This document shows positions 61,192 through 64,000 of a DNA stretch of 64,000 nucleotides, one piece after another. The stretch is taken from NCBI GenBank assembly GCA_964016885.1, contig OZ024740.1:343728001-343792000 (forward strand). Reading direction: 5' to 3'. Origin of the DNA: Eledone cirrhosa (lineage: Eukaryota). The notes beneath the pieces are model-generated. The model was not told where the DNA came from. It was given only the letters and a program-made list of their open reading frames with translations, and ran no database searches. Position numbers and translations under genes: made by a program. Every line of letters begins with the position of its first letter. Within the stretch, counting starts at the first letter, position 1.

Positions 61192-61201
61192 TATATACAT
61201 A

Positions 61202-61232
<31 letters not shown>

Positions 61233-61609
61233 ATAAATATATATATATATATAAAGAATTAGTATATCTACTAACATATATATACAGATGCATACCTCTG
61301 CCAGCAAATATATAGGTTTTGTCTTAGTAACTTTGTAGTTCAATGCATGGGGATGCAGAACAATAATATGAAAGACGTAAAATAAGAAAATTATAAAAAT
61401 TAACTTACTTACTAAAATTTCACTCCAACTAATTAGTTTCTGAAAGGGAATAAACATAGTTTCCGAAGAAAGTCTAAGTGACTTCTCTGATGACGAAAGG
61501 CTTCTCCGTACGTTTCTTCGGAAAATATGTTTATTCCCTTTCAGAAACTAATTAGTTGGAGTGAAATTTTGTAAGTAAGTTAATTTTTATAATTTACTTA
61601 TTTTACGTC

Positions 61610-61672
<63 letters not shown>

Positions 61673-61724
61673 TATATACATATATACGGGCTAACAAATT
61701 ATCGTTATAGGTAGTCCACTTATA

Positions 61725-61769
<45 letters not shown>

Positions 61770-62703
61770 GTATATATGTATATATATATATATATGTATA
61801 TATGTATATATATATACATATATCTCTATATCTCTATATATATATGTATATATATATATACATATATCTATATATCTATATATATACATATATATATATA
61901 TATATACGTATATATGTATATATATAAATATATATGTATATATGTATATATATATATATATACATATATCTATATATCTATATATATACATATATATAGA
62001 TAATTTAATATATCTACTAACATAAGCGCACAGATGTACGCTAATGCCAGCAAATACACAGATTATGTCATAGTACCTAGGTGGTTCAATGCAGGAGGAT
62101 GCAGAACAATAATATAAAAGACGTAAATTAAGAAAATTTAAAAAAAAATTTTTTAAAAAATTAACTTACTTAAATTTTCACTCCAACTAATTAGTTTCTG
62201 CAATGGGATAAAGACAGTTACGTAATGAACTGTTGAGAATTTCATTGCGTCATCAGGGAGATCTATTCTCAGCCAAGTCTCCAGGCAATGCGCGGACACT
62301 GGGGACTCATATAAAAATAATAATAATCCGGTAAATGGAACAGCTATCGAGGACTGGATTCCAGGCACTGAAAATTCTCACTGCCACTGGTCGGATGGCC
62401 GATTCTAAAGAATCAATCACGTGACACAGAGGCTAGTCAGTAGGAATGGGATGGTAAGATGACAGACGCCTACTAACACCCCCCAAAAAATTTAGAAGTG
62501 GTTTTGCAGGTTTGCTCGACAAATCAGTGATCTGGAGATAAATATAGATAATTTAATATATCTACTAACATAAGCGCACAGATGTACGCATATATGTACA
62601 TATATATACATATATATATATATACATATATATATATATGTATATATATACATATATATATATATATGTATATATATACATATATATATATGTATATATA
62701 TAC

Positions 62704-62737
<34 letters not shown>

Positions 62738-62742
62738 ATATG

Positions 62743-62797
<55 letters not shown>

Positions 62798-62822
62798 GCA
62801 TATATATATATGTATATATATG

Positions 62823-62870
<48 letters not shown>

Positions 62871-63556
62871 TATTGAAGTTTCCGTTGAAAATTGAAAAAG
62901 TCATAGGAGTGAAGAGTGTTCTATGTAAGTACCAGAGCTAAATTTAATGTATAATAAACAATACAATATAATTACCTCATTAGCAGAGGTTTCCCGAATA
63001 AGACGAATACAAGAAACGTCCTCATTCATTCGTCGAACAAGGCAATTTAAAACATAGTGAAATATTTGAAGAATCTCCTCAAGAACGGCAAAAGTTTATA
63101 GGGCAAAAATATATATATAAGTAAAAGTAATGCAAGAGATATATGAAAATAAAATAAGGAAATATAGTTAGGGTATGTGTATAAATGTGTGTATATTCAT
63201 TCACAAATGTACATATGTGTGTATGCACAAATGTATGCGTACAGTGAATAAATGTGTGCGTAAGTACATATATGATGGAAAGCATATCAGTGTATGTGTG
63301 ACCACAAATACGTATATAATATACGTTGAAAAAGAAATTGTAAGATAATAGAGTTAACGTACATTCAGACTCAGGTTCTAAGGATTGAAATATATAAACA
63401 TACAAGCATGAAAGCACGCGTATAAACACACACACGCGCGTGACCACATACATGCGAGCGATATATACAGGTAAGGGAGTGTATCAGTCAAAGCAGTGTC
63501 AGGCTGAAGGTCGATATATATACAAAAATGATAAAATGAAAAAATATATGAGAATA

Positions 63557-63603
<47 letters not shown>

Positions 63604-64000
63604 AATTAGTATATCTACCAACATATGCGTATAGATGTACACTAATGCTAGCAAATACATAAGTTATGTCATAGTACCTAGGTGGTTCAATGCAGGAGGA
63701 TGCAGAACAAATATATGAAAGACGTAAATAAGAAAATTAAAAAAAAAATTAAAAATTAACTTACTTACTAAAATTTTCACTCCAACTAATTAGTTTCTGT
63801 AATGGGATAAAGATAGTTACGTAATATAACCATCGAGAATTCATTACGTCATCAGGGAGTCTATTCTCAGCTAAGTCTCCAGGCAATGCGCGGACACTAG
63901 TGACTCGTATAAAAATAATAATAATTCGGTGGATGGAACAGCTAGCGGGGACTGGATTCCATGCACTGAAAAAGTTCGTTGTCTCTGGTCAAATGGCAGA

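Overview
Eukaryotic, AT-rich, repeat-dominated non-coding DNA. The tRNA-derived SINE and the microsatellite load suggest a mollusc, probably an octopus; this is an inference. No host protein-coding gene is supportable, and the long [12 protein letters not shown] ORFs are microsatellite artefacts. (i) 1-14.3 kb is a nest of (ATT)n/(TAA)n-associated non-LTR retrotransposons: Tx1-clade copies mostly on +, R4/Dong-clade RLE copies on -, repeatedly joined tail-to-tail. An older junction of the same kind lies at 47.2 kb. (ii) 16-64 kb holds many short palindromic or tandem elements embedded in (TA)n tracts. By eye, many carry minimal type-I hammerhead ribozyme motifs (CUGAnGA-stem II-GAAA-palindrome-UH) of the kind described for Penelope-like elements. 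About 15 loci from several unrelated families were found, some with covarying stems, alongside a decayed Penelope GIY-YIG ORF. (iii) There are also about 17 SINE copies, a decayed CR1/L2-type LINE and Tc1/pogo-type MITEs. All coordinates and structures were read manually and are approximate.
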